A DNA stretch of 64,000 nt from Octopus sinensis (Eukaryota), in the NCBI RefSeq assembly GCF_006345805.1, contig NC_043023.1, positions 14,818,001-14,882,000 on the forward strand. Reading direction: 5' to 3'. Below are positions 9,105 through 19,878 of the stretch, one piece after another. A program made the position numbers and the translations under genes. A model generated the notes under the pieces. The model did no database searches. It had not been told where the DNA came from and saw only the letters and a list, made by a program, of their open reading frames with translations. Within the stretch, counting starts at the first letter, position 1. Every line of letters begins with the position of its first letter.

Positions 9105-11924
9105 CTACCGGCGCATGTTCATGTTGAGGGTGGGCGTGGACAGGTAACCGTAGGTCGCGTACACCTGGTTGCTGGACTGGGGGGACTGGATCTGCTGCTG
9201 GAATGCCTGGTTGGGGTGCATGTTCACCACACTCATCTGCACCGGCAGCTGCTGTTGGTTGATGAAGCCAGGGCTGGAGATGTAGCCGTGGTTTAACATC
9301 TGCTGGGGCATGCGGTAGCTGTTAATCACATTGTAGCGTGCAGCAATCATGCTCGACTGCGACAGGGTGACGTTCGGCGACAGGGCCGCGGCTGCGGCGG
9401 CAGCCGCAGCCATATTGGTCGGCGGCGCCGGAGGGGGCGGAGGAGGGGCAGCAGCCGCAGCGGCAGCGGCTGCAGCAGCCGCCGCGGATATGTTGGGGCT
9501 CTTGCGCACGCCGGAGCCGCGCCGCTGGAACTGCTTGTACTGGGCGTTCATCTGCGGCTGCAGTGTCGGGATGGGCGGGGTGGGCATGTTGCGCACCATG
9601 GTGGGCGGCGGGGTCATGTTGACCGGGGGCGGGGTCAGGTTGGGCGGCGGGGTCATCGTGTTCTCGGGGACAATCTCCATAATGCCATTGGTCAGCTGCT
9701 GTAGTTTGGCCAAACTACAGCTGGCATTTGTCTGATAGTTTGGACTCTGTCTACTCAGCTGCAGCGTGCATGGGGATGCCGTGTGGCTCAGCCGCTGCGT
9801 CGCCTGGGGGAGCAGCACTGACGGAGCTGTGTAAGTGGAGTAGTTGACGGTTGTGTTTGGGGGCATATAGGAACCGGTACTGCTGACCGGCTGCGGTGAG
9901 TTGACTGTGTCCATAAAGCGGCCCGGCCCCGAGCTGCTACAGAAACCTTGCACCTGGGCGCAGTCCGTAAAGTTGGGCGTGGCTGCCGTCTCCACCGAGC
10001 TCACTGCCATCTCGTTGCTGCTGATCGAGGTCGGTGACTCCAGACCAAGCTGCGCCACGTCGATGTCCACCGCTCCAAACCCGCCCGTACCTGTACCACC
10101 ACCACCACCGCTCCCACCACCTCCACTGCCTCCTCCACCACTACCGCTACTACTACTGCTGTTGCCACCCCCACCTCTCTCTCCACTGCTGCCACTTCCG
10201 CTGCTGTTACCGCTGCTGCCTCCGCTGCCGGCGCCACCATTCGACAGGCCTGTACTCTGGACACTGTTCAGGGTGCTGCCGGCAGGGGCTGGCGGGAAGA
10301 CTCCGCCCACGTTGGGGCAGTTGGGGTTCTGTGAAGAAGGCGTGGTAGCAGCCGGGGTCGTCGCTGAGGCAGGGGGTGCATTGGGCAGATTATTTAGGGT
10401 CAGGCCGTCTGCGGAGGCTGCTGGGGTCGATGCAGAGGCCTGCTGGGATACGTGTTCTGGTCCGCTCATTTCCCCTACAGAGTTGTTGTCAATCGGCTCA
10501 AAGTTGTTGAAGTTGTGGGTAGGGGCCGTGCCGCCACCGGCGGAGCCGCGGCTCAGTGGGGTCGCGACAGCAGCGTTCGTGTCACTGTTGAACTCGCGGT
10601 GGTAGCTGCCACTGCTGTCGTCGTCATCGTCATCATCGTCATCGTCATCGTCACTCGGCATCTCGGCGTCGCGGCTGTTGTCGTCCTCGACAACAGAGTC
10701 GTGGGACATCTCCTCCTCTTCTTCCTCCTCGTCGTCGTCGTCCTCTTCCTCCGCCCTGTGGGCCACCGCGGCCGACGAGGTAGAGCGAGGTGCAATGGAC
10801 AGTGGCAAAGAACACTCTACCTCGCCTTCGGAATCTCCATCGTCATCATCATCATCATCATCATCATCATCTTCATCGTCGTCGTCTTCCTCATCATCGT
10901 CGTCATGGCAATGATGCACTTTTCCCACAGAGCTGGGGCTCTTCAGCTTCCCTTTCACCATGTCGAGCTCCATGTTTTTGTTGTTGCTGTTGTTGTTATT
11001 ATTATTATTACTATTATTGCTGCTGTCATCATCATCGTCATCATCGTCGTCATCGTCATCATCACCATCGCTCTCCTCTTCACTGTCAACGTTTTCCAGC
11101 CGGCTGTTGTTGTTGTTGTTGTTGCCGTTGGTGTTATTGTTATCGTTGCCGTTGGCGACGTCCATCTTGTTCGGCCGAGGCGACTTATCCATGCCATCTC
11201 CCTGGATAGAAGGACAATGTTGTTGTTGTTGTTGCTGTGGTGGTGGTGGTCGTGGCGGAGACGAAGCAGAAGAGGAATCGTCGTCATCGTCATCATCATC
11301 CTCATCCTCATCGTCGTCGTCGTCATTGTTGTCATCGTCATTGTGGTGGTGGCCGTGTGACCCGGTCCTCATGTGCGGTGTGATGCTGTCGGGGCTCTCA
11401 TCCAGGTCGCTTGCAGCGGCGCTTGGGGCGGCAGCAGCAACGCCGCTGCCGACGGGTTCAGGGACCCGGCTGTTGAAATTAACACCAGTTCCGCTGCAGC
11501 TGTTGCTGTTTGCACCATCTGCAGTGGTAGGAGCAGCGGTACCGTTGCAGCAGTCCCTCTCAGCCTCTTCAGCAGAGCTGGAATCATCTTCATCGTTTTC
11601 CTCGTCATCATCATCGTCGTCGTCATCATCATCGTCATCGTCGTCGTCGTCATCAGAGTTTGACCGGGATCGGTGGACGGGCTGCAGCGTTTGACCGTCG
11701 TTGCTGCAGTTGACTTGATTGTGTGCTGAAGTGGAGCTGCTTTCGACAGGGTTCGCCATGGGGAAGTCCTGTTGGGGTGCAGGCACAGACGGAAGATTAA
11801 GGGGCTCTTGACAACTGTGCAACGACGGGGAGACAGGAGCAGTGGCAGTGGACGCTGCCGCACACTCTCGGTGGACGCCATCCCCCTCATCCTCGTCTTC
11901 CTCTTCTTCTTCTTCCTCCTCCTC
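9105..11924 (-). CDS. KAT6A/B: KAT6 terminal exon, 3' part: Asp/Glu tracts and Ser/Met-rich activation region ending LNMNMRR*
   Basis: Frame of ORF 9105..12425; FxDCAQ, SCSLAKLQQLTN, TMTPPPNLTPPP and terminal MRR recall vertebrate KAT6 C-termini; TAG at 9107-9105. Confidence 0.93.
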   Translation of the reverse strand, partial: EEEEEEEEEDEDEGDGVHRECAAASTATAPVSPSLHSCQEPLNLPSVPAPQQDFPMANPVESSSTSAHNQVNCSNDGQTLQPVHRSRSNSDDDDDDDDDDDDDDDDDEENDEDDSSSAEEAERDCCNGTAAPTTADGANSNSCSGTGVNFNSRVPEPVGSGVAAAAPSAAASDLDESPDSITPHMRTGSHGHHHNDDDNNDDDDDEDEDDDDDDDDSSSASSPPRPPPPQQQQQQHCPSIQGDGMDKSPRPNKMDVANGNDNNNTNGNNNNNNSRLENVDSEEESDGDDDDDDDDDDDDDSSNNSNNNNNNNSNNKNMELDMVKGKLKSPSSVGKVHHCHDDDDEEDDDDEDDDDDDDDDDDGDSEGEVECSLPLSIAPRSTSSAAVAHRAEEEDDDDEEEEEEEMSHDSVVEDDNSRDAEMPSDDDDDDDDDDDDSSGSYHREFNSDTNAAVATPLSRGSAGGGTAPTHNFNNFEPIDNNSVGEMSGPEHVSQQASASTPAASADGLTLNNLPNAPPASATTPAATTPSSQNPNCPNVGGVFPPAPAGSTLNSVQSTGLSNGGAGSGGSSGNSSGSGSSGERGGGGNSSSSSGSGGGGSGGGGSGGGGGTGTGGFGAVDIDVAQLGLESPTSISSNEMAVSSVETAATPNFTDCAQVQGFCSSSGPGRFMDTVNSPQPVSSTGSYMPPNTTVNYSTYTAPSVLLPQATQRLSHTASPCTLQLSRQSPNYQTNASCSLAKLQQLTNGIMEIVPENTMTPPPNLTPPPVNMTPPPTMVRNMPTPPIPTLQPQMNAQYKQFQRRGSGVRKSPNISAAAAAAAAAAAAAPPPPPPAPPTNMAAAAAAAAALSPNVTLSQSSMIAARYNVINSYRMPQQMLNHGYISSPGFINQQQLPVQMSVVNMHPNQAFQQQIQSPQSSNQVYATYGYLSTPTLNMNMRR

Positions 11925-12699
11925 CTTCTTCTTCCTCTTCACCACCAACTCTCCCAGCTTCCTCCTCGACATCCTCTTCTTCGTCATCGTCATCCTCCTC
12001 CTCATCATCGCCCTCGTCTCCTCTGTCGTCGTTCTCCGAGAAGCCGCGGGCCCCTTGGTGATGTGGATGGTGCTGCGACTGTTGTTGTTGTTGCTGCTGC
12101 TGGTGGTGATGATGGTGGTGGTGGTGGTGTGGATGCTGCTGCTGCTGCTGTTGGATGTGGTGGTTGTGGTTGTGGTGGTGATGGTGGTGGTGGTGGCCAT
12201 GATCCGGCATGTTCGTCTCCCCGCAAGGCATCGGCTCACCCTTGTCCAGGCCGCCGACACCGACATCATAGGGCCTCGCAGGAGACGACTCCATCGTCTC
12301 ATCCTGCTCCTCCTTCTCCATATCCACCTCCATCTCCTCCTCATCGTCATCCTCCTCCTCCTCCTCCTCCACTGCCATATTGTTCTCGTCTTTACTCGTA
12401 TTATTATTAGTGTTATTATTATCATTATTATTATTGTCGCATTCGCCGCTTTCCTCTTCCTCCTCCTCCTCCCTCACAGGCGACGACAAGGCTGATTCTT
12501 GTTCTTGTTGTTGTTGCTGCTGTTGTTCGTTTTCCTCTTCATGCTGAGGTTCTTCCTCTTGTTGTTGCTGCTGCTGCTGCTGTTGTTTCTCCTGTTCTTG
12601 CTGCTGCTGCTGGTCTTCGGATGGTAACATTTCCTCCGATGCCATGGCCGCAGCATTCGCTGCTCTGCGCCGTCTCTGTGCCGCTCTCGCATTCGCAGT
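11925..12699 (-). CDS. KAT6A/B: KAT6 terminal exon, 5' part (TANARAAQRRRR...poly-Q/E/N/H...GRVGGEEEEE), upstream of the frameshift
   Basis: TATTTTTCAG acceptor, phase 0 after NK; frame of ORF 11887..12720, which otherwise stops at 11887. Confidence 0.85.
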
Positions 12700-12741
12700 C
12701 TGAAAAATACAACACAACATCAGATTTAATAATTCAACCTC

Positions 12742-12774
<33 letters not shown>

Positions 12775-12806
12775 TTAAAAAAGGAGATGTGGAACACGAG
12801 TTGTGA

Positions 12807-13165
12807 TATATAAAAAAAGGGAAATGAAGAAAATGCTGACAAAATAATTTAAGTAAGGGAGAGTGTATTTAATTAGGTGAAAGTTCTTTTTACTGGTTGC
12901 GCATTTGTTATGCTTATCAAAAGATATTTTTTTAAGAGAGATAGAGTTCCTTTCTGATAGATTTTTTTCTCTTATCTGTTGTTGCTTATCAGATAAGAGA
13001 AAAAAATCTATCAGAAAGGAAATCTATCTCTCTTTAAAAATATATCTTTTGATAAGCATAACAAATGCGCAACCGGTAAAAAGAACTTTCACCTAATTAA
13101 ATACACTTTCCCTTACTTAAATTATTTTGTCAGCATTTTCTTCATTTCCCTTTTTTATTTATATA
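12807..13165. repeat. Fold-back inverted repeat, about 170-bp arms, 11-nt loop, TA-flanked
   Basis: Arms 12807-12978 and 12990-13165 with few mismatches. Confidence 0.9.
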
Positions 13166-13167
13166 TA

Positions 13168-13219
<52 letters not shown>

Positions 13220-13500
13220 ATAACAAAGGGTAAAATTAATTAATTAAGAAGTAATCAATAATTTCACCAAGTAGAATTCGGCATGAAAAAAGGACCATTT
13301 TATGGTAAACTTAAGTAATACTTAATAATTAGGGTTCAGCAAAGATTTGCTTTACCACATACCGAAGTTTAGAAATAGCAGCCAAAAAACGTTAGCTATT
13401 TCTTCGGCTTTAAAAGGGGACTCCCAGAAAAAAACCAAAATACTTGAAAACAATCCACACAGGCAGAGAGGAAAAGTAAAGAAAATCAATCAATATCTGG

Positions 13501-13534
<34 letters not shown>

Positions 13535-13541
<7 letters not shown>

Positions 13542-13695
13542 AATTAAGGACTGAACACGAAAAAGTGGACAGTCAACATGCTAGATATAGACGTCAAATC
13601 GCCATTCTCTTTTTGTAGAGAATGGTGATTTGACGTCTATATCTAGCATGTTGACTGTCCACTTTTTCGTGTTCAGTCCTTAATTGGTATATATA
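13535..13695. repeat. Fold-back inverted repeat, about 77-bp arms, 6-nt loop
   Basis: CCAATTAAGGACTG...ATTCTCT-ttttgt-AGAGAAT...CAGTCCTTAATTGG; one G/T mismatch. Confidence 0.92.
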
Positions 13696-13771
13696 AATAT
13701 TTAATCTTCGGATTCTTTTTTAATATGCTAGACCACTGGTTTCAATTGATAAATATTGATTTCTACCCTTA

Positions 13772-13810
<39 letters not shown>

Positions 13811-14331
13811 CAACAAACTACACACACACACACACACACACACACATGCATACATACATATATATACATACAAATCCTCTACATATATATGTTACTTACT
13901 TTGGTTTGAAATAAAGAACTTGATTAGCTTAATAATCCTAACTTAATCCCAGGCAAAGCTGGATTATACTACTAGTACATATATATATATACATACATAC
14001 ATACATACATACATACACCAGAGAAGCTGGTGTTTGGAACATAAATTAACAAGGAATTTTGATGGGAGGTTTTAATTTACATCACTAAAACCCTTTTGTT
14101 ACCATAATTCCGTAGAAAAACCCTTCCTTTTGTTGTTTCGATTAATTTGAAAGATAATGATTAATTTGATGATGATGACAATGAAGAATTTAGCAAAATA
14201 ACTGCCATTATTAAGCTGGTGCAAGGTGGTGAACTGGTTAAACTGTTAGCACGCCAGGCAAAATGCAAAGCAACATTTTGTCAATCTTTGCATTCCGAGT
14301 TCAAATTCCACTTTGCCTTTCATCCTTTTAA

Positions 14332-15038
14332 CCCTTTCGTTACCGTATTTATTTTGAGATGCTCTGGGTTTCATTCAATTAATTTTACATCATCATCATC
14401 GTTTAACGTCCATTTTCCGTGCTACCACGGGTTGGACGGTTCAACCGGGGTCTGGGAAGCCAGGACTCTGCACCAGGCTCCAGTCTGATCTGGCAGTGTT
14501 TCTACAGCTGGATGCCCTTCCTAACGCCAACCACTCCGTGAGTGTAGTGGATGCTTTTTGCGTGCCACCGGCACAGGTACCGGACGGGCTGGTGAATGGC
14601 CACAATTAGTTGGTGCTTTTTATGTGCCACCAGCACAGACATAAATATAACAAAGAACTTAGTTATCATTAAGCTGGTGTTAGGAACATAAATTGTGACT
14701 AAAGTTTGGTGAAAGATTTTAATTCAGAACTTTTGAAAACAAGACATTTTACCACAGAGCCACAGGCGGTTTCAGCTGGATTTGTATCAAACGGGTTAAA
14801 AATATCATGGTTACTTTAACCCTTTTGTTACCATATATATTTTGAGATGCTCTGTGTCTCTTTTAATTACTTTAAATATAACAAAGAATTTAGTAAAATA
14901 ACTTTGTTATCATTCAACTAGTGTTAGGAACATAAATTGTGACTAAGGTGGTGGAAGATTTTAATTAAAAACTTATGAAAACAAGACATTTGTACTACAG
15001 AGCCAGCAGTGGTTTTGGCCGAGTTGGTACCAAATGGG
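14332..15038. mobile_element. Same MITE pair in inverted orientation (14332-14795, interrupted by an RTE 3' end, and 14820-15038)
   Basis: Same termini and the reverse complement of the same 16-bp spacer. Confidence 0.7.
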
Positions 15039-15276
15039 TTATGGGTCAATAAAATAAATAATGGCTGTGCACAGGGATCATTAAGTTGCTGTTTGGAAAA
15101 ATGGAAGGAAGGTTTTGATTTAGGGTACTTTCACACAGGAAGTTTTCAAATCACAGAACCAGGGTTGCTTTCATGCGGGCCCGGTATCGAAAACGGGGTT
15201 AAACAGAAAGCATTTATTGCTCAGGCAGGGCAAATTCAAGTACTACAACAACAACAACACCGTAAAATAAACATAC

Positions 15277-15653
15277 CTTATTCTGTCGACCTCGTCGTTT
15301 GCCGTGTCTCCTCGCCAACGGCCCACGTTTCACCCCTTTCGGCCAACCTCTCGTTTTCTTGCGCTCAGGTTGCGGGGCACCGTCCGGTTGTGTTGTAGCA
15401 GCTGCAGCAGTTGTGGTGGTAGTAGTAGTGGTCGTACTATTACTTGCAGTATTGGTTGCTTTCAAGGCAGCAGCGACTGCGGCAGTAGCAGCAGCGGCGG
15501 CTGCTGCTGCTGCTGCGTAGCTCGCCGTCCGACTGCTGGTGCGTCGCCTTTCCGCGACCACCCGTCTGACCGGAGAGCTGCTGCTGTTGTTCGTGGTTTG
15601 GCTGGTAGTGTTAACCTCGGCGGCACTGTTGGCAGGGCTGTCTTTCTTCGTAC
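15277..15653 (-). CDS. KAT6A/B: KAT6 exon TKKDSPANS...poly-A/poly-T...RKKTRGWPKGVKRGPLARRHGKRRGRQNK
   Basis: CCTGCAG acceptor, AAG|GTATGT donor, 377 nt, phase 1/0; basic GWPKG AT-hook-like segment. Confidence 0.88.
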
Positions 15654-15798
15654 CTGCAGGAATAATAAAGAAGCCATTACATCAGCATGAACATCACTGC
15701 ATCATCGTTTCATTCGTCATTATCCACATGTAATTACAAACCATAACATTGCACACGCCCTCCAGGGAGTAAAAGTATTACTATGTCTTACACTACAA

Positions 15799-16570
15799 TA
15801 CCTATTTCTTATTGCCCACAAGGGGCTAAACACAGAGGGGACAAACAAGGACAGACAAACGGATTAAGTTGATTATATCGACCCCAGTGCGTAACTGGTA
15901 CTTAATTTATCGACCCCGAAAAGATGAAAGGCAAAGTTGACCTCGGCGGAATTTGAACTCAGAACATAACAGCAGACAAAATACCTATTTCTTTACTACC
16001 CACAAGGGGCTAAACACAGAGAGGACAAGCAAGGACAGACAAACAGATTAAGTTGATTATATCGACCCCAGTGTGTAACTGGTACTTATTTTATCGACCC
16101 TGAAAGGCAAAGTCGACCTCGGCGGAATTTGAACTCAGAACGTAGCGGCAGACAAAATACCTATTTCTTTACTACCCACAAGGGGCTAAACACAGAGAGG
16201 ACAAGAAAGGACAGACAAACGGATTAAGTTGATTATATCGACCCCAATGTGTAACTGGTACTTATTTTATCGACCCTGAAAGGCAAAGTCGACCTCGGCG
16301 GAATTTGAACTCAGAACGTAACGGCAGACAAAATACCTATTTCTTTACTACCCACAAGGGGCTAAACACAGAGAGGACAAGCAAGGACAGACAAACGGAT
16401 TAAGTTGATTACATCGACCCCAGTGCATAACTGGTACTTAATTTATCAACCCCGAAAGGATGAGAGGCAAAGCCGACCTCGGCGGAATTTGAACTCAGAA
16501 CGTAACGGCAGACGAAATATGGCTACGCATTTTGCCCAGTGTGCTAATGTATCTGCCAGCTCGCTGCCTT
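15799..16570 (-). mobile_element. SINE family A tetramer: one head plus three extra 176-183-bp units
   Basis: Unit starts at 15799, 15982, 16158 and 16334; identical AAATACCTATTTC junctions. Confidence 0.88.
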
Positions 16571-17143
16571 TATACATACATATATATACACACACATATC
16601 CAGTATCGGGTGTCAAGTGATGGTGGGAGTAGGTGGTAGACAAACACAGACACACACAAATATATATATACAACAGGCTTCTTTCAGTTTCCATCCATCT
16701 ACAAAACCCACTCACAAGGCTTTTGTAGGTCTGAGGCTATAGCAGAAGATACTTCTCCAAGGTGCCACGCAATGGGACTGAACCCAGAACAATGTGGCTT
16801 GGAAGGAAGCTTCTTACCACATGGGGGGGGGGGGTTAGCCCACATTACCCCTTAAGGATTGCTGGGCCAGTCATCTGGTTTCTCTGGCCCATATATATTC
16901 CTCCCCAGACGGGATGCCCATCACAGTTTACTCATTTTCATCTGCTGTGTGAACAGGGGCAACATGAAATGAAGTGTCTTGCTCAAGAACACAACACATT
17001 CAAACTCCTCTACTCCACTCCATGAATTGAGTGCACCTAAGACTACTGCCTTTTGAGTTTCCCAGATCAGTCAGGTTTTGAATGCAAACCCATCCTCAAT
17101 CTGCCACATCGTTTCACCCACAAGAGAAGGAAGGGTACGTTAC

Positions 17144-17233
17144 CTGAACTTTTGGGTGGGGACGCTGTAGACGCAAGCCGTCTAGAACGGTCAGCATTGG
17201 ATCGTCTGAGCAATCGTCCTTCTGGAACAGGTT
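17144..17233 (-). CDS. KAT6A/B: KAT6 exon (E)PVPEGRLLRRSNADRSRRLASTASPPKSS(G)
   Basis: TTTCAG acceptor, CAG|GTAACG donor, 90 nt, phase 1/1. Confidence 0.82.
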
Positions 17234-17249
17234 CTGAAATATAGGGGAG

Positions 17250-18305
17250 TGAGGTTAGAGAGAGAAGTGGAGAAGGAAATGATGAGTGAGTGAAGGTCAA
17301 CAGAGGAGGGTTAGCCAGAATATAGGAATAAGAATGAAGAGTGAGGAAGAGAGGACAGTAGGGGGCACGGGAGAGCAGGGAGTTAGGGAGAGCAGGGAGC
17401 ACTGGAGAGCAGAGAGCGTGGGAGAACAGGGAGCATGGGAGAGCAGGGAGCTAGGAGAGCAGAGAGTTAGGGAGAGCAGAGAGCACTGGAAAGCATGGGA
17501 GAGAAGAGAGCAGGGAGCGAGGGAGAGCAGGGAGCGTGGGAGTGCAGGGAGCATGGGAGAGCAGAGAGCACTGGAGAGTAGAGAGCATGGGATAGCACAG
17601 GAGAGAAGAGAGTACGGGAGAGCAGAGTGAGGGAGGATAGAGACTAAAGAGGAGCAGAGGGAGAGGAAGAGCAGGAGAAAGTAGGGATAGAACTGAGAAA
17701 GTGGGGACGAGTAAAGAAAACAGAGGAGGGAAGAGCAGAGAAAGCAGGTGGGGAGTGGGGAGAGAGATCAAAGAAGAACAGTGAGCAAAACCAAGAGGAA
17801 GGGAAAGGGAAGCAGCAATGAGAGAGAGAGAGAGACAAATAGAGAGGAAGACATAGAGAGTGAGAGAGATAGTGAGAGAGAGAGACACAGAGAGAGAGAA
17901 AGACAGAGAGAGAGAGATAGTGAGAGAGAGACAAAGAGAGAGAGAGACAAAGAGAGAGATAGTGAGAGAGAGACAAAGAGAGAGTGAGACACAGAGAGAG
18001 GGACAAAGAGAGAGAGACAAAGAGAGAAAGAAAGAGAGAGATAGTGAGAAAGATAGTGAGAGAGAGACACAGAGACACAATGAGAGAGAGACAAAGAGAG
18101 AGATAGTGTGAGAGAGAGACAAAGAGAGAGAGACAAAGAGAGGGAGAGACAAAGAGAGAGATAGTGAGAGAGAGAGAGACGAAGAGAGAGAAAGAGAGAT
18201 AATGAGAGAGACAAAGAGAGACAAAGAGAGGGAGAAACAAAGAGAGAGAGATAATGAGAGAGAGACAAAGAGAGAGAAAGAAAGAGAGAGAGAGAGAGAG
18301 AGACA
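17250..18305. repeat. Purine-rich (plus strand) GGGAGAGCA / (GA)n-GACAAA low-complexity arrays
   Basis: Direct inspection; source of the spurious SL-rich ORFs. Confidence 0.9.
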
Positions 18306-18339
18306 ATGGAGAATATATTTCAATAAAAAAATCCCTTAC

Positions 18340-18448
18340 CATCTTTCTTTGTTTCGGCCTCATCTGTCTTTAACCTCTTGTCTGCAGGTTCAACAGAGGT
18401 CCGTCTTGTTACACGTCTCTTCATGCCCACTGTAACCCACCGACCAAG
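18340..18448 (-). CDS. KAT6A/B: KAT6 exon LGRWVTVGMKRRVTRRTSVEPADKRLKTDEAETKKD
   Basis: Long pyrimidine tract plus TTTGTAG acceptor, G|GTAAGG donor, 109 nt, phase 0/1. Confidence 0.82.
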
Positions 18449-18639
18449 CTACAAAGAAATACGGAAAAGAAAGAGAATAATAAAATCAGCCCCAACTGTA
18501 ATAACAACCACACACACACACACACACACATCATGGAATTACACAACCACATGAACAGAAATTGCCACACCTGGATTTAGCTGCCAAATATCCTTCAAAT
18601 AATACACACACACACACACACGCATATCTATATACCTAT

Positions 18640-18945
18640 ATGTTGTTTGTTCCTTCTTGAGCCATGTCTGGCTCATAAGGGCCAGTTTCCCGGTTTCCTT
18701 GGCATATAAGTTCCCCACCTGGACGGGACATTGGTCTGTCACAGGTGAGCTGCAAGATGCAGGAGGAAAGAGTGAGAGAAAGTTGTGGCGAAGGAGTCAG
18801 CAGAAGTTCGCTTTTACCTTCTGTCGGAGCAGCATGGAGCTTAGGTGTTTCGCTCATAAACACACACATCACCCGGTCTGAGATTCGAACCCATGAACCC
18901 TCAACCGCGAGTCCGCTGCTCTAACCACTAAGGCTATGTGCCTCC
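18640..18945 (-). mobile_element. tRNA-headed SINE family D
   Basis: Head on minus ending GGTTCGAATCTCAG; same family at about 28275-28795 (TSD TAGTCACTGAT) and 31907-32201 (TSD AAAGATTGCTTAT). Confidence 0.85.
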
Positions 18946-19266
18946 ACTTTATACCTATATACACACAAAAATATACATATGTTCTGTGGTCTGGCCCGGC
19001 AGGTATCCCAGGGCACCACAGCCTGGGTCCGGTCGTAATCCAACAACTTTGAGTAAATTCAGGTTAAGGTGCAGGCCTATGAATGTAGGATGTTCGAATG
19101 TCCAAACCTTATTAGACAATGATCTGTTGAAATCTTATCCAGAGAGAAGGCCTGCGCTTGTTGCAAAAGACTTAGTGATATGATATAGATGTTGTAACAT
19201 AAGCGGAGATAACAATTCATGGAACAGGGAATTTGTAGAGAAATATATATATATATATATATATAA

Positions 19267-19705
19267 GCAACCGAGACCTTTGGAAGTATGCTGTGCGTGA
19301 GAAGACCCGGCAGGACAAATGAGACCATAACCAGTGGCCTCTTCCTGGGATGTAGCCAGCTCGCTTATGCATACTTTTCCTTCTTGGGACACAAAACTCT
19401 GCTTGCGAAGACCTTTTGAGGCAAGTGAAATCGAAATCGCTCAAAAATCAATGGAAATTGTAGTTGTGATACCAGTGCCGATGGCACGTAAAAGAACCAT
19501 CCGAACGTGGCCGTTGCCAGCCTTGCCTGGCACGCAAAAAGCACCCACTACACTCACGGAGTGATTGGCGTTAGGAAGGGCATCCAGCTGTAGAAACATT
19601 GCCAGATCAGACTGGGCCTGGTGCAGCCTTCTGGCTTCCCAGACCCCAGTTGAACCGTCCAACCCATGCTAGCATGGAAAGCGGACGTTAAACGATGATG
19701 ATGAT
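19267..19705 (+). mobile_element. 3' end of an RTE-type LINE: ORF end NRDLWKYAVREKTRQDK*, 3' UTR and (GAT)n tail
   Basis: DRxxWR-like terminus then CCATGCTAGCATGGAAAGCGGACGTTAAACGATGATGAT; shorter 5'-truncated copies at about 14390, 35578, 38478, 38900, 39535, 44745, 44940, 48390, 56960, 58295 and 61221. Confidence 0.7.
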
Positions 19706-19816
19706 AGTAGAATTCTCTTGTGTTTAAATGTACACTATTTTATATTAAGAATATGTTGTCTATTGACTATTTATACATGCTAGGCCACTGGTGGAGATAT
19801 TTCTAAAGAATATTCG

Positions 19817-19875
<59 letters not shown>

Positions 19876-19878
<3 letters not shown>

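Noticed and set aside
11900-11960. Programmed +1 frameshift or micro-intron as explanation of the frame break
   Set aside because: No recognised shift motif and no credible GT-AG intron of 3n+1 length; an indel is simpler.
11925-12425. N-terminal part of the 1106-aa ORF (MIIITL...)
   Set aside because: Wrong frame upstream of the frameshift; splicing enters the other frame at 12699.
9349-12495. Long plus-strand ORFs antisense to the terminal exon
   Set aside because: Shadow frames of trinucleotide-rich coding sequence; no domain signal.
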